This document shows, piece after piece, positions 55,265 through 64,000 of a stretch of DNA of 64,000 nucleotides (position 1 is its first letter; each line of letters begins with the position of its first letter). The position numbers were made by a program, and so were the translations under genes. Under the pieces are notes generated by a model. The model did no database searches and was not told the DNA's origin. It was given only the letters and a program-made list of their open reading frames with translations. This DNA comes from an uncultured bacterium. GTDB lineage: Bacteria > Patescibacteriota > Minisyncoccia > Phycocordibacterales > DATDWN01. Location: contig CAIOTC010000003.1 in NCBI GenBank assembly GCA_903861205.1, positions 7,964-71,963 of the forward strand. Direction: 5' to 3'.

Positions 55265-57703
55265 CTACCATGGCAAATCAATCTCTTCATCTCCAGACGA
55301 ATCTTCTACCGATGCGACGATGGTTTCGGCAGGGCTATTTTCTTTAAGTATATTTTCTTGTTCCTCTGATTCTGTCGGTGCATCGGTGCTAGGCATTTCA
55401 GCTTTAACTTCCATAGTTACACTTTCACCAGTCAAAGGGTTGTAAATATTTTCAATATTTTCTTCAGGATTATCTAGGATAAGATCTTCGATAGAAGGCA
55501 AGAAGGTATCGCCAGGTAGTTCCTTTGCTTCAAGCTTGAATTCGGCACCTTTTGGCCCTTTGCTGTCAGTCACAACAGTCGTATAGCCCTTCTTGCTGGC
55601 AGGCTTCATCCACTTTGCCACTGTGTCTCTGTCCCATCCCAACTTTTTTGCCAATTGAGTTATAGTGAAAGTCTCATCACTACTAGGTGGAAATCCATCA
55701 ACATCGTCTTCTGTGACAATTATGTGAGCCATTTCAATCAGCTCTATGGTTTTCTCAGGCAATTCATAAATTGACTTGGACAAAGAATCCTCAACTATTA
55801 TTTTTGCGATATAAGCATCAGCTAAAGTAGCTTTAATATATTTTTTGCCATACAACTCAATTTTCTCTCGTTGTTTCTGGTGCAAAAACGCCACTGATTC
55901 CACTATTGCAAGGAAGTGTCCATAATCTCGTCTCGTGCGAACAATATGGTTAGGAAAATATTTTCTGAAACTTTTAACAAATGGAATATAGACAGGCATT
56001 TCTTCCAAAACTAGCTGGGCATTTTGCCATGGCTTGATTTCCTCATCACTTATCGGCTGTCTGCCTGTGTAACGGGCATCGACAGATTCATAGACACGAC
56101 TAGTCTGTTCAGAGCTTTGATCTGGAAACATAGATATATTTCGTGTGTCATTTTCAGCGTGGATATATGAAGCTGTGGTAGTGGTAACGAAGCCTGTAGG
56201 GCCTTCCTTTTCTATTGTTTGTGCTTCAAACTGTCCAGTATCAGGATTTTTTATTGTAACCTGAATTTTCAGTTTGCCTTCAGATTGAAGTGTTCGAATG
56301 GCATAGTCTGCTCGTTCACCGCCATGTTTTTCAAATATAACAATTATTTTGTGCTTGAAATGATCTTCTTCGCAGTAGAAAAAACTCTGAGGTGTGGCAT
56401 CAGTCAAATCAATGTAAGCGGATTTTGGAAACAACTTTATCGTAGTGAGCAATGTATATGACTTGCCAGAAGAACTATCACCTTTGACTGTTGCCGAAAG
56501 TGGATTTTTCAATTTTCGTGAAGTGAAAATAATATAGTGAAGCAAAACATTTTTTTCTTCACCAACAACACCTAACTTTTTAACCATTTGAAGAATGTCA
56601 AAAAGTAGGGTGGGGGATTTCAGTATTTTTTCTGCAGTTTGTTTTTCTTCCTCTGTCATTTCAGGTTCTGTTTCAAGTTGCTCCGCTTTTTTCTTTGCTT
56701 CTGTAACTTTTAAAATAAAATTGTATTTCATTTTTCTGAAATGTTTGATAATCAAATTCACATCTTTCGGTTTAATATCCAATTCAGTTTTTACTTTGTT
56801 ACGAATATATATTTCCGCTTCTTCTAAACTATCGCCTGAAACTAGTATTTCAAACAGTGGTGTTAGCACATTCAAGATAGATTCTTTAGGTGTATCTTTT
56901 GGTATTCTGCTCAACACAAGATTACATTGTTCCATAACAGATTCACTTTTTACGGCTTCAGTGGGGTATTTTCTGACACTCTCAAAAATACTGCGAAGTT
57001 CTTTTTCTTCCAGAGGTTCAGGTAGTCTATTATTACGAGCCACGACTGAATCCCAACCCGCAGTGTTCCACAACTCAATAGGAAGCTCATGCAGTATCTT
57101 TCCTGTGTAGGAAGTCATAGCGTTGCTTCTTGAACCCTCGACTATTTCATCAGGTTCTTTTTGCCAAAGCTTTACATCTTTTTTATCATCTTGCTGTTTA
57201 TCAAATTCAGCTTTTAGCCATACTGGAATATCAGCAACTTCTGCATCATCTGGGCTAACCGTCCATTCATATCTATTGCCACTCAAATGTAATGATGGGG
57301 CGACTACTACATATCCACCGTCTGCCTTTACATCAATTCCTACACCAAAAAGTTGTCCATTTGTGCTTTTGATAAACTTGCCAGGATATTTGAAAAAGAA
57401 ATGTTCACCACCACCGCCTGTTCTAGAACAAACGGTAGGTGGAATTTGGAATTCTTTTGAACTTCTATTGTGTTTGGCATCAATGTCAAAAACAACTAAG
57501 CTGGAAACTTTGCCTGTTGCTATACCTATGTTGGCATCAGGATTGTTTTTCCATAATAATGCCAGTTCTTCATCAGAAGCAATTTCAGTCTGATATTTTT
57601 TCCAGTCACAGAGAGGGATTTTATTTTTGCCAACTGGAAAAGGACTCCAACCTATACTGCGGTAATAAAGTGCCCACTCAAGATTTGTTTTTGTATTATC
57701 CAT
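55265..57703 (-). CDS. Bifunctional primase-polymerase (AEP PrimPol N-domain) fused to a P-loop NTPase (D5/SF3-like) replication protein
   Basis: N-terminal ...VVFDIDAKH... (DxD) and LHLSGNRYEW; central Walker A GDSSSGKSYTL; 812 aa. Confidence 0.75.
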   Translation of the reverse strand: MDNTKTNLEWALYYRSIGWSPFPVGKNKIPLCDWKKYQTEIASDEELALLWKNNPDANIGIATGKVSSLVVFDIDAKHNRSSKEFQIPPTVCSRTGGGGEHFFFKYPGKFIKSTNGQLFGVGIDVKADGGYVVVAPSLHLSGNRYEWTVSPDDAEVADIPVWLKAEFDKQQDDKKDVKLWQKEPDEIVEGSRSNAMTSYTGKILHELPIELWNTAGWDSVVARNNRLPEPLEEKELRSIFESVRKYPTEAVKSESVMEQCNLVLSRIPKDTPKESILNVLTPLFEILVSGDSLEEAEIYIRNKVKTELDIKPKDVNLIIKHFRKMKYNFILKVTEAKKKAEQLETEPEMTEEEKQTAEKILKSPTLLFDILQMVKKLGVVGEEKNVLLHYIIFTSRKLKNPLSATVKGDSSSGKSYTLLTTIKLFPKSAYIDLTDATPQSFFYCEEDHFKHKIIVIFEKHGGERADYAIRTLQSEGKLKIQVTIKNPDTGQFEAQTIEKEGPTGFVTTTTASYIHAENDTRNISMFPDQSSEQTSRVYESVDARYTGRQPISDEEIKPWQNAQLVLEEMPVYIPFVKSFRKYFPNHIVRTRRDYGHFLAIVESVAFLHQKQREKIELYGKKYIKATLADAYIAKIIVEDSLSKSIYELPEKTIELIEMAHIIVTEDDVDGFPPSSDETFTITQLAKKLGWDRDTVAKWMKPASKKGYTTVVTDSKGPKGAEFKLEAKELPGDTFLPSIEDLILDNPEENIENIYNPLTGESVTMEVKAEMPSTDAPTESEEQENILKENSPAETIVASVEDSSGDEEIDLPW

Positions 57704-57859
57704 TGTTGTTTCGGTTATATTTTTTAATGTTGGTATTGCACATCTTTATTATTTTGTTAGGAATAAAGTTATTTTCTCGTGCAATGCGATTAAATTTTTT
57801 TAGTGACATCCAACTTGGGCCACTGTTTTCTACTCTTCTATAAAACTTCCTTAGGTTTG

Positions 57860-58156
57860 TCATATAATTTTGTTATTATGATTAACTATTAATTTTGGTT
57901 CTAAAACTTTTTCGTCACATGGTTTATCACACAAAAGCAACATAAAGCGGACGAGCTTCATGCCTTCTTGGCGAGCGTCTTCTACGCTTAGATCAATTCC
58001 AAAATGATCCTTGTAAAGGGCTTGGAATTTTGCTATGTCGCTGTCTGTGAGTTGAACCATGTTTTTGTTGATAATGTTTATAATTCGACTTTCATGGTTA
58101 GCTGGCATTTGCCAAATATGGAAGTCAAGTGGAAACAAATAGATTGTGGAAAGCAA
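57860..58156 (-). CDS. Hypothetical protein (element-encoded)
   Basis: 98 aa ORF in the same - strand operon as the primase. Confidence 0.3.
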   Translation of the reverse strand: MLSTIYLFPLDFHIWQMPANHESRIINIINKNMVQLTDSDIAKFQALYKDHFGIDLSVEDARQEGMKLVRFMLLLCDKPCDEKVLEPKLIVNHNNKII

Positions 58157-58305
58157 AAATACCGCTATGTTAAGCGGTATCCCTACTCTTCACTTTTTTG
58201 GTTTATTTTTTTTACTATTTCAATTCTGGAAAAATTTTTGAAATATTGTTGTATTAAGCCACAGAAAAAATCCAGAATTCAAAAACACTGGATTTTTTGA
58301 CTTTA

Positions 58306-58986
58306 TTAAATAATCATTTTGTAACCTATTCCTCTAACACTCTCAATTATTTCTGGAAATTCTGTGTAGCCAGTTGCCATTTTCAATTTTTCCTTCACTT
58401 CGTTCACAGCAGATTGCACAGCAGTTATCTGCCTTTTTGTTACTCCCTCTCTTTGATTTGGTCGTCCTTGTCCAAAGTCTCTCACATTTCTTATAGCTTC
58501 GTATAGTTCTTCGAAAGAAGTATCCTTTCCAAATTTCCTTTTCAAACACCGAAACACTGCGAGTTCATTTCCCCTGAAAGAAATTTCAGTAGGCAATCCT
58601 AAGTAAGTCAAAACTGTACTACCTTCATGATTTTGTTCTTCACCAAACAAGCATGACGATTCGTCAAAAGTTTTTTCAAAATACATTTTAAGTAGTTCCG
58701 TAGTGTATCCAGATATTTCAACATGTCCATTTTCAGATAGTGTCCATGAGGGTTCTGGGTTTGTTTCCGGTCTTATTTTTAGTACAACACCTTTTATTTC
58801 TGTCAGCATATGTATAACAAGCCATTGTGGTGTTTTTCTTGCAGTGTCAAAGTCAGTAGGGGAATTTGTTATAAGTGCAGGATCAAAATCAATAGATGTG
58901 TGAAATCCGTCGACTTCATGTACTCTCATTTCGATTAATTGTCGTGTGAACCATTTTAGCTGCTCACTAAAAATTTCAGTTACCAT
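58306..58986 (-). CDS. Putative regulator with a C-terminal OmpR/PhoB-type winged-helix (..ESVRGIGYKMI)
   Basis: C-terminal motif resembles the trans_reg_C terminus; N-domain unknown. Confidence 0.4.
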   Translation of the reverse strand: MVTEIFSEQLKWFTRQLIEMRVHEVDGFHTSIDFDPALITNSPTDFDTARKTPQWLVIHMLTEIKGVVLKIRPETNPEPSWTLSENGHVEISGYTTELLKMYFEKTFDESSCLFGEEQNHEGSTVLTYLGLPTEISFRGNELAVFRCLKRKFGKDTSFEELYEAIRNVRDFGQGRPNQREGVTKRQITAVQSAVNEVKEKLKMATGYTEFPEIIESVRGIGYKMII

Positions 58987-59013
58987 ATGAGGTTATTATA
59001 AAACAAACTTAAC

Positions 59014-59292
59014 TCAAATCATCATTGTGGCCATTAATAATAATATAGAAAGTAGAGGTGATACTAATAATATCAAAAAAATGGACGGGGTTTGTTTGCC
59101 ATTTTTTATAAAAATAGTTACTGAGTGAACGAAACTTGAAACTAGCACAACAACATAAACAAAAATAGTAAATGTCAAAATATTTCCAGAATCTCCAAAC
59201 ATAGTTAAAAATGTATGTATTAATGCAAAAGGTAGAATAAATTCTAAAACCAACAATACAATAGCAAGATTGTTGTCACTTCGTTTGATCAT
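59014..59292 (-). CDS. Small membrane protein (3 TM), holin-like by size only
   Basis: 92 aa, strongly hydrophobic. Confidence 0.35.
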   Translation of the reverse strand: MIKRSDNNLAIVLLVLEFILPFALIHTFLTMFGDSGNILTFTIFVYVVVLVSSFVHSVTIFIKNGKQTPSIFLILLVSPLLSILLLMATMMI

Positions 59293-59446
59293 AATTTGTT
59301 ATTTTTTTAAAGTTAAAGTTCGGATTTTTAATAACTCAATTATACAGCAGTTAACATCTTTTTTGTAATCCACAGTCGTATAACAGGTTTACACCCAAAT
59401 GAACTCATTGTGATATAATATATTTATTAAAAATTTCTAAAATAAT

Positions 59447-60607
59447 ATGGAACAAAACTATCAAAATGGTGAATCTCCTTTGCAACCCTTACAAACCACT
59501 CAACAAAACGATTTTTCAAATCAAACTTCACCACAATCTGATATTAAAATTCCAACGCACCCTACTGGTAAAAAGTACAGTAAATTTTTTGTAGTTATTC
59601 TAGCAGTTTTGTTGGTTGTAACCATAATAACTGCGGGAATTTTTGCTATGCAAAATAAAACTGTAAGTGAAAAATCTGTGACAAACATTTCTGACTGTCA
59701 AAAAACATCAGATGCAGGATCTTGTATTTTATCGTTTGCATTAAAACAAGCTGATCCATCAATATGCGGTGAATATTTTGTTGGTGAGAAAAAGGATATG
59801 TGTTTATCACAGGTTTCTGTTTTAAAAAAGGATTTGGCTACATGTCAGTTAGTTGACACATTACAATATAGACAGATTTGCTATCAACAAATTACTGGAA
59901 AAAATTTGACTGCCACTACATCTGTAACTCAAAATCCAAGTGATTGCACAAGCCTTACCAATCCAGCTGAACAATATTATTGTGTTGCAAAACAAGCTGA
60001 ATCAAAAAATAATCCAGCTCTATGCGACACAGTAACAACACAAAACTTTAAAGACAGATGTTACATGCAGGTTGCGGAAGATACAAAAAATTCACAATTA
60101 TGTGCCAAAGTTAGAACACCTGATAATAAAGATATTTGCTATAACGCCTTAGCCCAATTAACTAACGATTCTAAGTTATGTAATCAAATAAAAAATAATA
60201 CTGGAATGAAAGAAGGCTGTTTACAAATTTTTGAATTGAAGAAACCACAAGTTCCTTCGCTTGCTGTAACTATGGATTTGTCTATGGCAACTTTAACGGG
60301 TAAGGCGGGACAAACTGTTGATGTAACAGGAACTATAGAAAATTATTCTGGACAAACCGTATACCTTAATACCATGGGTGGATCATTAGGTTCGCCTGAT
60401 ATGGAATTGGACACTGCATACTTCTTTCAAGTTGTTCCTCGTATTTTCAAACAAGGGGATATATATAAAGGTACATTATTTTCAGTAAGTATTGGCAGTA
60501 ATGTTCAGCCTGGTAACTATCGGGTTAGTTTCTATTTCATGGGGGGAAAGGATATTTCTGGTTTTGATCAGTTAACAAAACAAAATCTCTCAATAACAGT
60601 ACAATAA
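59447..60607 (+). CDS. Membrane-anchored Cys-rich repeat surface protein with a C-terminal beta-rich domain
   Basis: N-terminus MEQNYQNGESPLQPLQTTQQNDF..., TM, ~8 Cys-pair repeats (C...D..CY). Confidence 0.5.
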   Translation: MEQNYQNGESPLQPLQTTQQNDFSNQTSPQSDIKIPTHPTGKKYSKFFVVILAVLLVVTIITAGIFAMQNKTVSEKSVTNISDCQKTSDAGSCILSFALKQADPSICGEYFVGEKKDMCLSQVSVLKKDLATCQLVDTLQYRQICYQQITGKNLTATTSVTQNPSDCTSLTNPAEQYYCVAKQAESKNNPALCDTVTTQNFKDRCYMQVAEDTKNSQLCAKVRTPDNKDICYNALAQLTNDSKLCNQIKNNTGMKEGCLQIFELKKPQVPSLAVTMDLSMATLTGKAGQTVDVTGTIENYSGQTVYLNTMGGSLGSPDMELDTAYFFQVVPRIFKQGDIYKGTLFSVSIGSNVQPGNYRVSFYFMGGKDISGFDQLTKQNLSITVQ

Positions 60608-60658
60608 ACAACTGTGATAAATAATACAATATTATCTTTAATTTAAAGTAAAAATACC

Positions 60659-62125
60659 ATGGAACCAAATAATACAAATAGCGAGTTTCCTTCACAACCT
60701 TTACAAACTACACCTCAGCCAGATTTTTTAAACCAAACTCAACCTTCTAAAAAATTATCAACAATATTTTTGTTGTTTATTATCATAATGGTTGTTGTGC
60801 TTGGTGGTGCTAGTGTTTTTGCATATCAAATATATCAAAAAAATAAAATTATTCCTGCTGTTCCTGTTAAAAATACAGTTGTTAATAATGTAGCGATTGC
60901 TTCAACAACTGGCATAACAATAAAATACATTGATGTTAAAGGTAAAATTTTAGAAGCTAAAAATGGACATTACTTATCTGGTGAAAATATTTACTCTTCA
61001 AATATAAATTTATTTTATGATGGAAATCCTATTTTGAATAAAACAATACTTGGTAAAGATAGTTATTTTGACAGTCAATCATTAAGTAGTAACGGTATGC
61101 ATTATGCTTTTGTTATGGCACATTATCCACATTATCCTATGATGCCACTGACAAATACCCACGATTTGTATATTGATGGCAAGAAAATAAAAGCTTTGCA
61201 TAGTCCTATAATTCCACTTGTTTCTGATACTGGTGAATTTGTAGAGGCAAACCTCAAGACTGCAAAGCAGTCTACTTTCCCATATTCTATGTCTAGTCCA
61301 AATGGACAACATAATGCGGATATAAAAAATGGGAATCTATTTATAGATGGTAAACCAATGTTATCGAGTACAACCACTATTATTAATATTAATCAATTGC
61401 AGATCACCGATTCTGGACATTATTTGCTATTTTTCTCTTACATTTACACATCAGACAAATACGGTAAAACATCTAAAACATCAGTTTATATTGATGGAAA
61501 AGAATATTCCTCAACAGGTTTCGTCTATGGCTACATAAATAATGATGCAACCCATCATCTTTTCTATAGTTCTAATAATGTGTGGGCATTGGATGACAAA
61601 CCTATAGATTTCCAAGGTGTTGCAATTCCTTATAATAAAATTAGTGACGCTCCTTTTGGAACAAGTCTAGTGGAAATGATAGACAATACAATTTATGTTT
61701 ACAAAGCAGATAAGACATACAATGTAGTTGATAAAATTCCTGAAATGCCTGCCAATACCGTTAATAGCTTAGATCAAAACATCAGTGTTATTCTGGATAA
61801 GGTTGATGGCATTGGAAGCAGAAATACAGCAATTCAGTTCAAAGGAAAAGTTGTAAATAATTCTGACTGGAAAGAAATTTATCTCAATGGTGCTGGTGGA
61901 AACACATCTAGTGGGGAACTAACCATGGACAACTCTCAGTTTTTTGTGTTGCCCCCAAAACTTGATCCTGGTCAAGTTATAACAGGGGAACTTTTTTCAA
62001 TTGCAGTTTCTCAAGTTGCTTTACCTGGTGACTATTCTGCAACTATGACTATTCAAGGTGGTACAAATCAAACGACCTATGACACGATGACTACTTCAGA
62101 TGTAACAATTAATATAAAACCATAG
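60659..62125 (+). CDS. Paralogous membrane-anchored surface protein (same cytoplasmic N-terminus and C-terminal domain, different ectodomain)
   Basis: MEPNNTNSEFPSQPLQTTPQPDF... parallels the 59447 gene; C-terminal ...GELFSIAVSQVALPGDYSATMTIQGG resembles ...GTLFSVSIGSNVQPGNYRVSFYFMGG. Confidence 0.5.
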   Translation: MEPNNTNSEFPSQPLQTTPQPDFLNQTQPSKKLSTIFLLFIIIMVVVLGGASVFAYQIYQKNKIIPAVPVKNTVVNNVAIASTTGITIKYIDVKGKILEAKNGHYLSGENIYSSNINLFYDGNPILNKTILGKDSYFDSQSLSSNGMHYAFVMAHYPHYPMMPLTNTHDLYIDGKKIKALHSPIIPLVSDTGEFVEANLKTAKQSTFPYSMSSPNGQHNADIKNGNLFIDGKPMLSSTTTIININQLQITDSGHYLLFFSYIYTSDKYGKTSKTSVYIDGKEYSSTGFVYGYINNDATHHLFYSSNNVWALDDKPIDFQGVAIPYNKISDAPFGTSLVEMIDNTIYVYKADKTYNVVDKIPEMPANTVNSLDQNISVILDKVDGIGSRNTAIQFKGKVVNNSDWKEIYLNGAGGNTSSGELTMDNSQFFVLPPKLDPGQVITGELFSIAVSQVALPGDYSATMTIQGGTNQTTYDTMTTSDVTINIKP

Positions 62126-62140
62126 TCATAAAATAAAAAT

Positions 62141-62398
62141 ATGTACAATTTTTTTGTTAATTTAGTAAAAGAGTTTTTTGCTCACCCATTCATTCTGATT
62201 TTATTTGTTCTTTTGATAGTAGGTATGTTTCTGTACACAAAGAATAAAAAACAAAAAACTAGTACCACCGTACGAGAATCATTAACAATGGTTGCCATAG
62301 GAGTATTGGTGTTTGTAGTCATTATTATATTGTTTATAAATTTTATTGGCGGAAGTTTTGAATGTAATGGTGGTAGTGGTTTTATATTTGCGTGTTAA
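62141..62398 (+). CDS. Small membrane protein
   Basis: 85 aa, 2 TM. Confidence 0.3.
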   Translation: MYNFFVNLVKEFFAHPFILILFVLLIVGMFLYTKNKKQKTSTTVRESLTMVAIGVLVFVVIIILFINFIGGSFECNGGSGFIFAC

Positions 62399-62409
62399 AC
62401 TTAAAAATA

Positions 62410-62717
62410 TGAAAAAAATTATCTTTTTCTTGGTGGGTTTGTTTTTACCAGTTGCTATTGAGGTGTATTTTTATTTTAATTTTCTTTCACCGAGTGTTTC
62501 TTCTATAGCATCACCACTAGTATTTACTTTTCTCGGAGTTCCACTAGCCGTTTTGTTTGTAGTACCCATTATTGTCGGTGCAATCATTATGAATTTATAC
62601 GGTTTTGCAAATAAACCAGTCGTTTATAGTTATTGGATTGGTGTAATTTTAGGAATATTATCCGTATATTTTGTATCTATACCAAATTTTATTTCTTTTC
62701 TGAAAATATACTTTTAA
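62410..62717 (+). CDS. Small membrane protein
   Basis: Start MKKIIFFLVGLFLPVAI; 3 TM. Confidence 0.35.
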
Positions 62718-62723
62718 TTATCC

Positions 62724-63269
62724 ATGACTAGTATTCAACAAAAAATAGTAGATGAAATTCTGGACGAATACAAAAACAAGGAACACATAATCGGTGTCCG
62801 TGTTTTTGGAAGTGTTGCTGTGGGTAAAGAAAGAAGTAATTCAGATGTTGATATCACCATCATTTTTGATGACGATAGAGAATGGGAATTATTCAAAGAA
62901 AATAAATATGGAATCGCTGTTGATTTTGAGATTGTTACAAAAAATATTTGGGAGATGATGTTGAAAGAGTATCCATATCTTTTTTACATAGAAAATAGCA
63001 AGATTGTTTTGGATAAGACAGGATTTGTAAAAGATGCGTTAAACAAAAGTAAAAAATATTTTGACGACAATCCTGAGGTTTATGATTTTTGGAAAAAGAA
63101 CTATGATCTGATGAGGGAATTAAAAGCGTCTGGAGAAAAACCTAAAAATTATATTGTAATTTGTGATGAAGCGGAAACCAGATTTTCAGATTATCACTCT
63201 GTTAAAAGGGACATCTTGACACCAGAATTTTTTCATAAACATACAAAAAAAATCAACCTAATGAATTGA
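62724..63269 (+). CDS. Minimal nucleotidyltransferase (Pol-beta superfamily; MNT/KNTase-like)
   Basis: GSVAVGKERSNSDVDITII = GS-x9-13-DxD NTase motif; 181 aa with a helical C-terminus. Confidence 0.6.
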   Translation: MTSIQQKIVDEILDEYKNKEHIIGVRVFGSVAVGKERSNSDVDITIIFDDDREWELFKENKYGIAVDFEIVTKNIWEMMLKEYPYLFYIENSKIVLDKTGFVKDALNKSKKYFDDNPEVYDFWKKNYDLMRELKASGEKPKNYIVICDEAETRFSDYHSVKRDILTPEFFHKHTKKINLMN

Positions 63270-63353
63270 TAGGGAGTTTGGAAGAGCTTCCATTTGTAAA
63301 TAAAGAAAAAAGGGCTGGCGGAATAATCACGCACAGCCCATTGAAATTCTTTT

Positions 63354-63554
63354 TTACTCCCAAACCAAACCATATTTCTTTCTGGCCTCGTCCACTTTCG
63401 CTAACTGGATTCGGATAGTGGCTCGCTTAATACACTCCATTAGCTCCTCCCAGTCCTGCCACGGAAATGTTTTGACTTTCACCATAGCAGACAGCACTTG
63501 CTCGTCGGTAGTGAGTGTCTGAATTTCAGATATGAATTTTTCTTTCACTCTCAT
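63354..63554 (-). CDS. Hypothetical small protein
   Basis: 66 aa ORF. Confidence 0.25.
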   Translation of the reverse strand: MRVKEKFISEIQTLTTDEQVLSAMVKVKTFPWQDWEELMECIKRATIRIQLAKVDEARKKYGLVWE

Positions 63555-63706
63555 TCCTTTCTACAGTCTATATTATCATACAAGATATAATAAAGTCAAT
63601 AGTGGGGTGTAGGGTGTTGTATTAGATTTGGTATATGAAGTTTATATCGAATGGAAGTGTATTGTTTGACATACCATTTCACATTTGATATGATATCGTC
63701 ATAAAT

Positions 63707-64000
63707 ATGAAATACAGAGAAATATTGTTAGAACAGCTCAAATCACAGCCATATTTCACTAAAAAGGTGGTATATCAGCTCAGTGAGCAGTATAAGCTTA
63801 AAAATACCACAGTTGACTCATATATCAGCCAGTCTTTGAAGCACAAGGATATTATTTCGCTCAGAAATGGACTATATATTTCTAACGATTTTTATAACAA
63901 AAACAAAGGCGATATTTCCTATTCTTTTTACCTTGCAAACATACTTCGTAAACCTTCGTACATAAGTTCGTGGACGGCTTTGCAGTATTACAACCTGGCG
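63707..64000 (+). CDS. AbiEi-like (type IV TA antitoxin / transcriptional regulator N-domain) protein, 5' partial
   Basis: Open frame from ATG 63707 to the window end (98 codons); ...SLRNGLYIS..., ...PSYISSWTALQYYNL resembles the AbiEi pattern. Confidence 0.4.
   Translation, partial: MKYREILLEQLKSQPYFTKKVVYQLSEQYKLKNTTVDSYISQSLKHKDIISLRNGLYISNDFYNKNKGDISYSFYLANILRKPSYISSWTALQYYNLA

Larger units (their letters stand above)
53583..64000. mobile_element. Integrated element (prophage- or ICE-like) at the 3' end of tRNA-Asp; extends beyond the window
   Basis: Serine integrase overlapping the tRNA 3' end, primase-polymerase, regulators, small membrane proteins, paralogous surface proteins, NTase and AbiEi-like gene; lower GC than the core genes. 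Confidence 0.55.

Noticed and set aside
1-64000. CRISPR arrays
   Set aside because: No regularly spaced direct repeats with unique spacers are present. The abundant repeats are palindromic, variable in spacing and lie between genes. No cas genes are present.

Overview
This window looks like a small, AT-rich, reduced bacterial genome, most likely Candidate Phyla Radiation / Patescibacteria-like (no L30, short L24, type-Z S14, many short palindromic intergenic repeats). It contains five kinds of content. (1) A long ribosomal-protein operon (rpsC-rplP-rpmC-rpsQ-rplN-rplX-rplE ... rpsN-rpsH-rplF-rplR-rpsE-rplO-secY-adk-map-ndk). It is interrupted between rplE and the S14 gene by a ~2.8 kb modular insertion (~3290-6000) of unknown function, which is the main candidate here for something not previously described. 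Each module has its own promoter and terminator, and the insertion carries two GC-rich membrane-anchored proteins and a Panacea/DUF4065 TA-like pair. (2) The infC-rpmI-rplT operon and smpB with an adjacent tmRNA. Also ftsH with a GC-rich structured leader, recG, a purN-like gene and several tRNAs. (3) A complete type IV pilus locus (pilMNO, pilB, a CheY-like receiver, pilT, pilC, four tandem pilins, pilD, four minor pilins). A REP-associated tyrosine transposase (RAYT) sits inside it, with its REP palindromes scattered nearby, some in-frame inside genes. (4) ligA and gatCA. (5) A low-GC integrative element beginning at a tRNA-Asp (large serine recombinase, primase-polymerase/NTPase, regulators, paralogous surface proteins, a minimal nucleotidyltransferase, an AbiEi-like gene). 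A free-standing double-motif LAGLIDADG endonuclease lies between tRNA-Met and tRNA-Asp. At least five families of ~100-nt palindromic intergenic repeats fill most intergenic spaces, some directly abutting start codons.
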